From Narcine bancroftii (Eukaryota), in the NCBI RefSeq assembly GCF_036971445.1, contig NC_091469.1:8742001-8806000 (forward strand): DNA of 64,000 bases, given 5' to 3'. Of this stretch, positions 23,427 to 35,419 are shown piece by piece. How positions within the stretch are numbered: position 1 is the first letter of the stretch; each line of letters opens with the position of its first letter. The notes under the pieces were generated by a model, which was not told the origin of the DNA, searched no databases, and saw only the letters and a list, made by a program, of their open reading frames with translations. Made by a program: the position numbers and the translations under genes.

Positions 23427-26400
23427 TCAGCTGCAGGCTCGTTTGTGGCTGACAAGTCCGATGCGGGACAGGCAGACACGGTTGCATCAGTTGCAAGGGA
23501 AGATTGGTTGGTCGGGGCTGGGTGTTGGGTTTTTCCTCCTTTGTCTTTTGTCAGTGAGGTGGGCTCTGCGGTCTTCTTCAAAGGAGGTTGCTGCCCGCCG
23601 AACTGTGAGGCGCCAAGAGGCACGGTTTGAGGCGATATCAGCCCACTGGCGATGGTCAATGTGGCAGGCACCAAGAGATTTCTTTAGGCAGTCCTTGTAC
23701 CTCTTCTTTGGTGCACCTCTGTCACAGTGACCAGTGGAGAGCTCGCCATATAACACGATCTTGGGAAGGTGATGGTCCTCCATTCTGGAGACGTGACCCA
23801 CCCAGCGCAGCTGGATCTTCAGCAGATTGGATTCGATGCTGTCGGCCTCTGCCATCTCAAGTACTTCGATGTTGGAGATGAAGTCGCTCCAATGAATGTT
23901 GAGGATGGAGCGGAGACAACGCTGGTGGAAGCGTTCTAGGAGCCGTAGGTGATGCCGGTAGAGGACCCATGATTCGGAGCCGAACAGGAGTGTGGGTATA
24001 ACAACGGCTCTGAATACGCTAATCTTTGTGAGGTTTTTCAAATGGTTGTTTTTCCAGACTCTTTTGTGTAGTCTTCCAAAGGCGCTCTTTGCCTTGGCGA
24101 GTCTGTTGTCTATCTCGTTGTCGATCCTTGCATCCGATGAAATGGTGCAGCCGAGATAGGTAAACTGGTTGTCCGTTTTGAGTTTTGTGTGCCCTATGGA
24201 GATGTGGGGGTGCTGGTAGTCATGGTGGGGAGCTGGCTGATGGAGGACCTTAGTTTTCTTCAGGCTGACTTCCAGGCCAAACATTTTGGCAGTTTCCGCA
24301 AAACAGGATGTCAAGCGCTGAAGAGCTGGCTCTGAATGGGCAACTAAAGCGGCATCGTCCGCAAAGAGTAGTTCACGGACAAGTTGCTCTTGTGTCTTGG
24401 TGTGAGCTTGCAGGCGCCTCAGATTGAAGAGACTGCCATCCGTGCGGTACTGGATATAAACAGCGTCTTCATTGTTGGGGTCTTTCATGGCTTGTTTCAG
24501 CATCTTGCTGAAGAAGATTGAAAAGAGGGTTGGTGCGAGAACGCAGCATTGCTTCATGCCATTGTTAATGGAGAAGGGTTCAGAGAGCTCATTGCTGTAT
24601 CTGACCCGACCTTGTTGGTTTTCGTGCAGTTGGATAACCATGTTGAGGAATTTTGGGGGGCATCCGAGGCGCTCTAGTATTTGCCAAAGCCCTTTCCTAC
24701 TCACGGTGTTGAAGGCTTTGGATAGGTCAACAAAGGTGATGTAGAGTCCTCTGTTTTGTTCTCTGCATTTTTCTTGGAGCTGTCTGAGTGCAAAGACCAT
24801 GTCAGTAGTTCCTCTGTTTGCGCGAAAGCCACACTGTGATTCTGGGAAAACATTTTTGGCGACACTAGGTATTATTCTATTTAGGAGAATCCTAGCGACG
24901 ATTTTGGCTGCAATGGAGTGCAGCGTGATTCCCCTGTAGTTTGAGCAGTCTGATTTCTCGCCTTTGTTTTTGTACTAGGTGATGATGATGGCATCACGAA
25001 GGTCCTGAGGCAGCTTTCCTTGGTCCCAGCAGAGCTTGAAAAACTCATGCAGTTTGGCATTCAGAGTTTTGCCGCCAGCCTTCCAGACCTCTGGGGGGAT
25101 TCCATCCATACCTGCTGCTTTGCCACTTTTCAGTTGTTCAATTGCCTTATATGTCTCTTCCCGGGTGAGGACGTCATCCAGCTCTAGCTTTAAGGGCTGT
25201 TGAGGGAGCTGGAGCAGGGCAGATTCTTGGACTGAGCGGATGGCACTGAAAAGAGATTGTATGTGTTCTGACCATCATTTGAGGATGGAGATCTTGTCGC
25301 TGAGGAGGACTTTGCCGTCTGAGCTGTGCAGCGGGCTTTGGACTTGGGATGAAGGGCCGTACACAGCCTTTAGAGCCTCGTAAAAACCCTTGAAGTCGCC
25401 AATGTCCGCGCTGAGCTGGGTTCGTTTGGCGAGGCTAGTCCAACACTCATTTTGGATCTCCCGGAGTTTGCGCTGAAGATGGCTACATGCGCGACGGAAG
25501 GCTCGCTTCTTCTCTGGCCAGGGCGGCTTTGCAAGGTGAGCCTGGTGGGCAGCTCGCTTCTTTGTCAGCAGCTCCTGGAGTTCCTGGTTGTTTTCGTCGA
25601 ACCAGTCCTTGTTTTTCCTGGAGGAGAAGCCCAGTACCTCTTCAGTGGATTGCAGTATGGCAGTCTTCAGCTGATCCCAGAGGGTTTCAGGGGACGAGTC
25701 CGTGAGGCGGATTGCATCCTCGAGCTTTGCTTGGAGGTTTGCCTGGAAGTTTCCTCTCACTTCGTCTGACTGCAAGTTTCCAACATTGAACCTCTTTCTG
25801 GGAGCTTTACTGTTCCTGGACTTTGACTTGAAGTGAAGGTTGAGCTTGCAGCGAACCAACCGGTGGTCAGTGTGGCATTCCGCGCTGGGCATGACCCTGG
25901 TGTGGAGCACATCTCGTTTGTCACTTTCTCGCACCAGGACGTAGTCCAGGAGGTGCCAGTGTTTGGATCAGGGATGCATCCAGGTAGTCTTCAGGCTGTC
26001 CCTCTGCTAAAAAAGGGTGTTTGTAATGACAAGCCGCTGTTCTGCGCAGAGCTCCAACAGGAGGCGCCCATTGTCGTTGCAGTTGCCGACACCATGCTTG
26101 CCCAGGATTCCTGGCCAGGTTTCTGAGTCTTTGCCGACGTGAGCGTTAAAGTCGCCAAGGATGACAACCTTGTTGGCTGTAGGGGTGCATTGAATGAGGT
26201 TGCGCAGATCAGCGTAGAACTTGTCCTTTTCTGCTGGTTCCGCCTGGAGGGTTGGAGCATAGACACTGATGAGGGTGATGCGACGCTTGTTTTGAAGGGG
26301 GAGTCGCATGGACATGATCCGGTCCGAGTGGGCTGTCGGGAGGTTTTCGAGTTTGGAGGCAATGGAGTTCTTGACCATGAAGCCTACACCAGATAGGCGT

Positions 26401-26663
26401 CGTTCATCCATAGGCTTGCCAGACCAGTAGAGTGTGTAGCCCACGCCGTGTTCTTGGAGGCTGCCTACATCTGCAAGGTGGACTTCACTGAGAGCGGCTA
26501 TGTTGATGTCAAGTCTGAGGAGTTAATGTGCGATGAGGGCAGACCAACGTTCAGGTCGGTGGCTGTCAGCCTTGTCTAGCATGGTTCTGATGTTCCAGCA
26601 TGCTAGCTTGAGTTTGTGAGCATCTTTTGAGGGGGAGGACGTGGAGGGGGTGGACGTGGACAT
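23427..26663 (-). pseudogene. RTE ORF (APE endonuclease plus RT plus CCHC, about 1078 codons) with a few stops and a frameshift
   Basis: ATG at 26663: MSTSTPSTSSPSKDAHKLKLACWNIRT; ISVYAPT, LGDFNA, TDHRL, FVDLSKAF, LFADD. Stops at about 26007 and 25275; frameshift near 23487. Confidence 0.92.
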
Positions 26664-26964
26664 GTCCTAAAAGCAAAGGAGCTTTTAGGTGGAGTGTAGT
26701 GCGCGCAGTACTGGCCCCACCCTTTACACCCATGGTTCATGTGCCATGGCCAAGCAAGCTGGGACGTGGCAGCGAGGTCCTTGGATCGTAGGTTTTATAA
26801 CGGAGTGGCCTTCTCCTATGCAGGTTTCTTACCCGGGCTGGAGGGGCCTGCCTCCACTCCTAGGTCGGACCATACCTGATCGCAAATCACCTGTGGACAT
26901 GGCCTAGGTAAGTTTAATTGGGTTTTCTAACTACCTCTGAGGTAGGTCAGTTGTGAGCAGTAGC

Positions 26965-27320
26965 TGCTTCACTCTGCTGAGGCCGGGGCCACCGCTTCCC
27001 CCTCGCTTCTGCCCGGACCGGGGCCTCCGCCGCCTACCTTCTGCTCGGAATGGGGCCGGTGCCGCCGCCGCCTTCCCTGTCCCCGGACCGGGGCCGCCAC
27101 CTCCTTCTTTCTGCCTGGACCGGGGCCTCCGCCTGCTTCACTCTGCCGAGGCCGGGGCCACCGCCTCCTCCTCGATTCTGCCCGGACCGGGGCCTCCGCC
27201 TGCCTCACTCTACCGAGGCCGGGGCCGCCGCCTCCCCCTCACTCTTGCCTGGATCACGGCCGACGCCATATACCCTCTGCCCCGACCGGGGTCGGGGCCA
27301 CCACTGCCTTCCCTGTGCTC
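26965..27320 (-). repeat. CpG-rich degenerate tandem repeat (about 32-38 bp units, core ccggggcc) at the RTE 5' end
   Basis: About 10 recurrences of g(a/g)ccggggcc(a/t/g)ccgcc. Confidence 0.85.
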
Positions 27321-27325
27321 GGACA

Positions 27326-27590
27326 GTCTAAGACTGTTTTAAATATCCCAATTGTACTAACTTCCACCATCATCCCTGGTAATACATTTCAGACACCCAC
27401 CACTCTGTGAAAAAAAAACTTATCTCTGTCATCTCCTTCTTTATTTGCTATTGTCACCCCAAGAAAAAGATGCAGGCTGTCCACACTATCTAAGCCCCTC
27501 TATTCTTATATACCTCTAGTAAGTCACCTCTCACCTTTTGTCACTCCAAAGAGAAAAATCCAAGCTCATTCAACCTTGCTTCTTAACACT
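27326..27590 (-). mobile_element. CR1 3' fragment (continues 23225-23369)
   Basis: cttccaccaccatccctgg, cacccaccactctgtg, aagtcacctctca motifs. Confidence 0.7.
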
Positions 27591-28014
27591 TCATGTCCAT
27601 GATGTGCTTCCCATTATTAATTGGGTCTGTTTTTCTGCTGGCCACTCACAACCCCATCATGATCTCCCACACAGGCCCCTTCACTTCCAACTTGCGAAAG
27701 ATGTGGATTGCGACCCCAACCTTGCTGCAGACCTGAGGCTGACACCCCATCACAGTAACAAGCAGGGCCCTCAAGAAGATGCCACCTCTCTGTGTTAATG
27801 TTGAATGAAAGTTTAGCATGAAGATCGGTGATCATCGTTTTGAGGCAGACTAGAAGAATTTTCTCCTAGGGTCCCAGCCAGCATAAATTTAGCTGGGTGC
27901 TGTGAGTTAATACATTATTTTGTTTGTTAGGAGCTTTCACTTTATCATGTAGATGCGATGTTCCTTATTTTGGAACACTGGCTCCCCTTTAACAGTATTT
28001 CACTTGCTCTAAAG

Positions 28015-28850
28015 CAGTGGTTTTCAAACTGTCCCGCTAAACTAACATTCCACCTTAAGTTATCCCTATACCATAAGTGCTCTGTGATTGGTAAGGGATT
28101 GCTTAAGGTGGTATGTGAATGGGAAGGGAAGGTTGAGAATCACTGCTCGAGACCCAATTGTTTCTGAAATACTTTGCTTGAGAAAAATTGTCATTGGCCC
28201 ATTTCCTTTGGAGTTATCAAACCATGCACATAATGAAGTCAATTAGGTATGATTAAACCAGTAGTTTTCAAACTTTTTCTTTCCACTCACATCTTTTCTT
28301 CTTCTTCGTTTTCTGGCTACCCATCCCAGTTTGTAGGCTTTGATATGTGTGTCCTGGAGTGGCTGTACGGGCTTATTCTTGACAGGCACTGAGGATACCC
28401 CACTCCTCAGAAAGGAATAGCATGTGTGTGAATGGATTTAGGTGAGTAGGGGTTTGCACAGGTCCAGACCCACCCTCTTGACATCCCCTCCCAGATCTAA
28501 TGGCATGGTGAGGTCCAAGATAGCTGGGGTAAGTTATTTTGCAGTGAATGGCCAGAGCTTCGATGCAAGGGATACCCTTTCCGTGCTTCACGGCACATTT
28601 GTTGGATGGCTGTTGACCCTACGAGAGGGTTCGTCCGCCCTTTGACGGGTCTTGTTTTTCATCCTGCAGGGAGTCGAAACATCCTCTATATAATGGGGGA
28701 GCCAGTTTAGTCACCAACCACCCTACCATGCGACATGGTAACAGTAACAATCAGACGAGTGACCTGACAAGCAAATCACAGAGCACTTATGGTATAGGGA
28801 TTGCTTCAGGTGAAATGTGTTTAGGGGGAGGGGGAGTTTGAAAATCTCTG
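28015..28850. mobile_element. hAT (Charlie-like) composite MITE with 8-bp TSD ctctaaag/ctctgaag
   Basis: TIR cagtggttttcaaac / gtttgaaaatctctg; internal TIR copies; homologous to 38366-38862. Confidence 0.85.
28293..28772 (-). mobile_element. Non-coding insertion in the MITE, probably an RTE-derived non-autonomous element
   Basis: Absent from the sister MITE; (ttc)n tail at left; body resembles RTE UTR sequence. Confidence 0.5.
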
Positions 28851-29054
28851 CTCTGAAGCATTTCAGAACACCCTGAAGCAATGAAAAATATGCTGTAATT
28901 GTAACCATTGTTTTGTTCAGTCAAAATATATGTCACATTACTTTCAGGAAGGGCAAAAGGACTATGGTCTTTGGATTGGCTGTCTGCAGCTGCTTTCAGC
29001 AATCCCAATACACAGTCTCCTTCAGAATATTATTCTGATTTGGAAACTGGGTGA

Positions 29055-29145
29055 GAGCGAGGGAGAGAAGGAGGGAGGGAGGGAGAGATGGTAGGAGGGA
29101 GGGAGGGAGAGATGGTAGGAGGGAGGGAGGGAGAGGAGGGGGACA
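29055..29145. repeat. (GGGA)n purine-rich repeat
   Basis: Direct reading. Confidence 0.9.
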
Positions 29146-30152
29146 GGTGAGAACTGAGGGGAGCTTGTCTCACAAAACTTAGGAAAGAAAACCCTGATTG
29201 CCATTCTGATTCCCACTGTTGGCAGAACTGCAATCCCAAGAATGATTTGACAATTTTTTTTAATGAATACAGTCATTAGCCCACATTAAAGAACAGATAA
29301 AGGAATATTATTCAAATAGGTCAAATCTTTTGCTGCGTAAATCATCAGTAATTACTGAAATAACCAGTATGTCTTTTCCTCTATTTGTTGTGTTGCAGAC
29401 ATTTCTGACTAATTCCTTGTTGAAGCTGTGATCTGAACAAGTGAGCACATCAGCATAGATTTCTCAAAAGAATTTCTATTCAGGCACAGCAGGGTGCCCC
29501 TGAACAGCAGGTAAGAGTTGAGATACAAGCAGCTTAAAGACACCCAGCTGAATGCTACATTCTTTTATTATAAACCCTTTGTGTCAGTTTGCTTTTGGTT
29601 TGAGAAAAATATCCAATCCCTTTCTTTATTTAAAAAGGAGGGAGAATGTATATAATAGAGGTAGCTGGATTACAAATGCTGTGGGACATGAGATTAATTT
29701 TCAACAAAATGCACTTTCCCTAAATAATGACCTGAAGTTCTTGGGAAATATTGAGGACAAGTCAGGTTCTAGTTGTAAGCAAATCAACAGCGCCACAGGA
29801 GATGATTTGCAGACAGCACCACAAGACAGGAAGAATTTCATATCAGAGGAAATTCAATGTCAAGGAAGCACCTCATGCCCACACAATCAATTGATGAGGA
29901 ATTTGTATATCATTAAGCAGACAGTGGGGACCATTACACAGCTGAGCATCTCAAACAAAATGATGTGAGCTGCATTGAAACATCGCTTGTCCCTTTAATG
30001 GTTGACATTGATGGCTGATAAATTTAGCATCCAAGAGTAGATTAGGTAACATTTATACCTTGCTTTGGAAAGTGACATTTACAACTCTCGTAAGTCAATG
30101 CATTTTCAGTAGGCCCCAGATTTGATTGCAATAGATCAAACACACAAAAAAT

Positions 30153-30153
30153 A

Positions 30154-30179
<26 letters not shown>
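30153..30179. repeat. (TA)n microsatellite
   Basis: Direct reading. Confidence 0.95.
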
Positions 30180-30184
<5 letters not shown>

Positions 30185-30584
30185 TGTGTGTTTTTATTGT
30201 ACATTTTCTTGAAGCATTTTAAAAACACAATATTGCCGTTCCTATTCCATGTCAACCCTAAACTCAGCTTTCATTTTTGTCAAATGTTAGACCTGTTTTC
30301 ATTTTAGTTTGGCTGGTGGACATATAATGCAGCAACCTTCAAATGTGAATGGCTTTCATTTTTGTCACCTAATTTCCAGGGCAAATAAAATAATTTGTTG
30401 CCATAAAGAATGCAGTTAATTGCATTTATATGTCATGAAAAATCAGCTGCTGAGAGCCATTTGCATCGATCTGAAGATAACTGAAAATTGCTTATCCATT
30501 TGTTCAGAATGAATGAAGCAGCTGCCGGCAGCCTCGTCAAAAGCCAACACTTCACAGCTGAGAAGTTTATGATGACAAAGTGAG

Positions 30585-30885
30585 TCCCAGTGGCATCTGC
30601 AGTTTGGATGCTGGCATCGGAATCAGAAGAGATTGAAAAGGCTATAATACAAGGGATTTTCACATTGTAGATGGCAGAAATGGTGGATAGAATTAATATG
30701 TTGGATGCGGACATGGGTGGGTTGGACAAGGGGAATCTTGTCCTTGTCATGGCTCAGGGCGGAAGAGGGCAGAGCAGTTGTGCAGGAAATAGAGGAGATG
30801 CGGTTGAGGGCAGAGTTAAGGAAAAAGAGGGTATGCTCACATTTTATGAAGAAGGAAGACATCTCCAATGTTCTGGAATGGAAAT
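30585..30885 (-). mobile_element. Penelope-like ORF fragment (RT-to-GIY-YIG linker)
   Basis: RTLEMSSFF..SALNRISSIS..HDKDKIPLV..RIQHI..HFCHLQ. Confidence 0.75.
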
Positions 30886-31159
30886 GTACCAGAGGCAAAG
30901 GCCAATTTGCAAATTAGCTGATTCATGAATAAGCAAAAGGCTAATCCCTGGGTTGAAAAGTCTTTCCAAGCAAATGGTTGAAGAACTATAATCAGAACAT
31001 TTGGAATTAAGAAGAATTGAGGTTGGTGGGAGGTGGGAGATGATATTATTCAGGAAGTTTCTAAGGAGCAGGACTGGGCTGATGCTAAAATGTTTCCTCT
31101 CATGGTGTGAGGACATAGTTACAAGATGAGGGGGCAGGCATTTACTTCTAGGTGGGAAC

Positions 31160-31602
31160 AATGCACAAACAAGCTGGAGAAACTCAACAGGTTGCACAGC
31201 ATCCATGAGAAGTAAGCGGTAACCAGTGTTTTGGGTCTGAGCCATTCCACCAGTTCTCTAGATGTAGCCTCCCAGTCAAACTCTGCCCTGGACCCAGACT
31301 CCTATTTATTTAGATCTGTAACAGATATTCTCTTCTCGGTCTATCAAATCCTTTTGGAAACAATTCCAATTCACATTGGGTCACTCAATGCAAGAAACTC
31401 AAAGACTTTCACTCTGCCTGCTGCAACAGCAAGGACCTCTCTGTGGCCAATCAATTCCACACATCATCCCTACACTGACACCCAGGCTAGAAGCATTGGT
31501 TACCTTTTACTTCCCATGGATGCTGCGTGACCTGCTGAATTTCTCCAGCATGTTTGTGTATTGCCCTCGACCCCAGCATCTGCAGATATTCTTGTTTGAC
31601 TG
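31160..31602. mobile_element. Penelope-derived fold-back element with captured centre
   Basis: Arms at about 31160-31245 and 31495-31600 are reverse complements; the centre contains a copy of 33242-33356. Confidence 0.75.
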
Positions 31603-33356
31603 CTTTTAGGTGGGATACAAACTTGGAAGGGTTCAGTCATAATCCTGCAGATGGCAGCTTCACACCAAGAGGATACATTAAATGTCCAATCCTGGCATCC
31701 TCTCCTGCTGAGCAAGGATCACTCCTTACCATATCTTATTAAAGTGTACCCTCTGACTTATTTGCTGTTAATAATGCTCTTAAATTTTCTGTCATCTGCA
31801 GCTTTTGAAGTGGTGGCTTGTCCACTTGTATCCAAGCATTGGTTACTGATAGCTGGTGGAATGTCAGTGACCAGCCGGTCATGGTCATGGTGCCTTGGGC
31901 ACCTGTGTATTCCTTTCTGCCAGCAGGAAGCAGGACGGTGACTAGGAGAGAACACTGTCCAGCCACAATTTGCACCTGAACCTCCAATTCCCATTGGAGG
32001 TGGCCGACGTACTGACCCTGACCCCATGCCAAAGAACGGGATCACCAACTCCTCACGCCAAAGGTTCTACCTTTTCCAACTTTGGCTGCTGCTCATTTAC
32101 AATATCAACTCATTTGTCATCATTCCCTCCTGCATCCTCTTATTCACCATAGCTCTCTTCAAGTTCAAGTTCAAGTTTTTCAAGTTTATCATGTGACTGT
32201 GCATTTACAATGAGACAAAACAGTCTTTCTCTGGACCACAATGGACACACACAACACACAGCACTTAATAATACATATATACATAAAGACAAAATGTAAA
32301 ATAAAATATATAGATATTTAGGGATTATTAACTCAGTTACAAGAAACAATTAATCAATTTCACAGCCTGTGAGAAGAAGCTATTTTCCAACTGGGCAGTC
32401 CTCATTTTGATGCTCCTGTACCTCCTTTTTAATGGTAGTGGGTCAAAGAGCCAGCCAAAATGCTCCCAGAGCTTCATATGTTTCCTAAGTGGAAACATTC
32501 TTTCACTTTATTCAGAAAAAGAAATTTCATTCATCTGAGTTTTAAACTACTGCATTTGACAGAAAGCATTTAATGCCAAAAGGTGACACACTGCAATAGA
32601 AAGATTGAGGAAAGGTAATATAATTTGAAGGTTGCAATTCTCGTGGAGTGAAGTCACATCTGTGCACAAATTCTTGAAGGTGGCAAGACTGACTGAGAAA
32701 ACTATTTTTAAAGATCGCATTTGGCATTGTGAGCTTATAAATAGAACATGGAGCATAAAGCCAAGCTGGGTCTGTTGAATATTTAAAAGAGCTTTCTCGG
32801 GCACAACTCATGTAATGTATGCAGTTCTGGTCACTGTGTTATGGAAAGGACCCAATGTCCCCAGAGAGGGTGAGTAAAGGACTGCAGGAATGAGACACTT
32901 CAGTTACATGGATTCATTTTGACCTTGGTTAAAGAAAAAGTTGGCAGATTAATTGATAGAATTGGACAGGTGCATGGGTGGATTTAGACGGATGTAGACC
33001 AAATACAGGCAAGTGGGATGAGTGTGCGTGGGACATTTTGGATGGTGTGGGGAAGTTGGACCAAAGGGCCTGTTTCCATGCTGGGTGATTCCATAACTCA
33101 GTGATTGCCATCCTAAAGGCTTAAGAGAAAGGGAATACAGAAGAACAACTCCTCACTACCACACTGCCCCATCTCAGTGGGTGAAGGGTAAAGAACTTAA
33201 GGAGATAGATATTGTTATGATAACATGAGAAGAAATATTTTCATTGAGTGACCCAATGTGAATTGGAATTGTTTCTAAAAGGATTTGATAGACCGTGAAG
33301 AGAATATCTGTTACAGATCTAAATAAATAGGAGTCTGGGTCCAGGGCAGAGTTTGA
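31276..33356. repeat. Inverted duplication, arms 31276-31390 and 33242-33356 (115 bp, 2 mismatches)
   Basis: Direct comparison; shared peptide SNSALDPDSYLFRSVTDILF.. in the ORF track. Confidence 0.95.
32157..32450 (-). mobile_element. Rex1/Babar LINE 3' end
   Basis: (ttcaag)n tail; gatgctcctgtacctcc..atggtagtgggtcaaag, homologous to 45180-45250. Confidence 0.7.
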
Positions 33357-33479
33357 GAATAATGAGTAGGCCATCGAGGTCTGAAATGAGGAGCCATAGG
33401 TTCAGCAGGGGATGCGATGCTGATGCTTTGAAATTCTCTGCCTTGCTCAGTTCAGTCATTGTTTTGATACAGAACATAC

Positions 33480-33990
33480 ATGGATAGATTGAGCAGATCG
33501 ACCATTCTGCAGGTCAGAGAGCATCCATGGGTAGAAATGGTTTATCAACATTTTGGGTCAGGATTCTTTATCAAAACAAAGATAAAACAGATAGAGCTAA
33601 TATATAAAGGGGAAAGAAGCTAAGTGTGAATGGGGTGCTTGCTGCCCAGATGTGATCAATGATTGGACAGAAGGTGTGAGAGATGTAGAGTCAATGGAGA
33701 GATAGATAAGAAAAGTTTGTGAGATAGTGAAAGAGAGGGAAAGAAAAATAAAGTACAGGAATAGGTAAAGAAGAGATGAAAACAGTTGAATCAGATGGGG
33801 GTAGAGGATACCTAAAATTAGAAAAAATGATTAGTTTATGGCTGTCCAGGGGTAATATGATGTGTTATTCCTCAAGTTTACGTTTGGCCTCACCCTGACA
33901 ATGGATGAGGCTGAGGACAGAGAAGGGTTGGAATGGTTGGAGGAGTTGAAATTGTTGACGACAGGAAGCACAAGTTTAAACCCACAGCCA
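33480..33990 (-). mobile_element. Penelope-like 3' end (GIY-YIG C-terminus plus terminal repeat)
   Basis: Reverse translation HCQGEAKRKLEE*HIILPLDS; purine-rich tract; degenerate terminal motif. Confidence 0.65.
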
Positions 33991-34442
33991 GAAGAAGACA
34001 CTGTAAATTTCCATGGAAAGCTAATCCTATCCATGTAATCATCCATTTTATTTCTTAAATGTTGCAATAATAGCTGCCTTAGCCATCTCCTATAGCAGCC
34101 TGCTCCATATACTCACCACTTTCTGTGTAAAAAAAGTTACCTCTCAAGTTCCTCTTATGTTTCTCCCCCCTCACCTTAAAACTTTGTGCTCTGGTTACTG
34201 ATTCCAAAGCTCTGGGCAAAAGACTCTATGTTCACCCAATCTATTCCTCTCATAATTTTGTACACCTCCATGATATCACCCATCATCTTCCTGCACTCCC
34301 AGGAATAGAGCCCTTCCTTGCTCAACCTCTCACTCTAGCTCAGGTCCATGAATCCTGGCTACATCCTCATAAATCTACTCAGCACCCTCTCCAGCTTGAC
34401 AATATCTTTCCTGTGGCACAGTGACCAAAACTGAACACGATC

Positions 34443-35046
34443 CAGTTAGTTCCCGGGTTACAAACGAGATCCATCCCTAAGTCTGTCTTTTAAGTTGAAT
34501 TTGTATGTAAGTTGGAACAGGAACATACAGTTCTTATTTAGCATTAATTATTCAAATTTCTTGAAGTAGGCATCAAGGGAGGTTTGTACAGAGCTTTTCT
34601 TGCATTGGTTTTATGCTTTGGAGGCATGGTTATGAGGATGGATTGTTACCTTGTTGTGGTGGAGAAGCTTGCGTCGTCCTGAGATCCCGAGAGCAATGCC
34701 ATCTGGAGCTATGCTCCTGGTAAGGCCACCCATGGCGATAAGGTCGAGGGTGAGGTCCCTGACGAAGAACAATCCAATCAAGTCCTCAACAGTGGAACAG
34801 GCGGACAAAGTTACTTCGAACTCAGTGGGTGTGAAGGCAGATGAAGGTTGTATCAGCTCCAGTCACCATGGTTTATATGCCATCACCCTCGACCCTGAGG
34901 GAGAGCCATGATCAACAGGGATAGGTAACCATGGTTTGACTTAAAATGGTTGTAGGCATTCTCCTTCCTCAAGCCGATGAACCACAGAAGTCACACGTAG
35001 ACTGTTCATAACCACAAGTTGGATGTTCATAACCTGGAGACTGCCT
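34443..35046. mobile_element. Tigger/pogo-like MITE containing an RTE 5'UTR-like fragment
   Basis: TIR-like cagttagttcccgggttac / cataacctggagactgcct; tgtaagttg subterminal motifs. Confidence 0.6.
34646..34900 (+). mobile_element. Expander/RTE-type 5'UTR fragment
   Basis: ccttgttgtggtggag..tatgctcctggtaaggccacccatggc..ggtgaggtccctgac, resembling fish RTE 5' ends as recalled. Confidence 0.55.
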
Positions 35047-35419
35047 TTATTCCAAATGGGGCCTCACCAACATCTTTTCCAACTACAACAAGACTTCCCA
35101 ACTTCAGTAATCAGTATGCTGATTGATGAAGGTCAATGTGCCAAGATTTTTTTAGCCACCCCATCTACCCGGTGATACCATTTTCAAGGTACTATATACT
35201 CCTTGATCCCTCTGATCCACAGTACTCCCCAGATCCCTACCTTTCACTGTTTGTGTTCCTCCCTTTGACCTTCCAAAATTCAACACTTCACATTTTTCTG
35301 TATTAAATTCCATCAACCATTCATCTGCCCACCTGCCCAACTGATCAAGATATTGCTGCAATCTATGGCAACAGTATTCACTTTGTACATCATCCACAAG
35401 CTTATTAATTATGTCACAT

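Larger units (their letters stand above)
23370..27325 (-). mobile_element. Near-full-length RTE-clade LINE (about 3.96 kb) inserted in a CR1 3' fragment
   Basis: Single EN-RT ORF, GC-rich 5'UTR, 3' end gaagccaagccaagagagagaagag; host CR1 resumes at gtct/aagactg (possible 4-bp TSD gtct). Confidence 0.95.
34010..35410 (-). mobile_element. CR1 RT/3' fragment interrupted by a Tigger-like MITE
   Basis: WADEWLMEFNTEKCEVL; gtgaccaaaactgaacac at 34421 resumes at ttccaaatggggcctcacc 35050. Confidence 0.8.

Noticed and set aside
29552-29968. 138-aa ORF in the unique island
   Set aside because: No recognisable domain or supporting splice structure; length compatible with chance.
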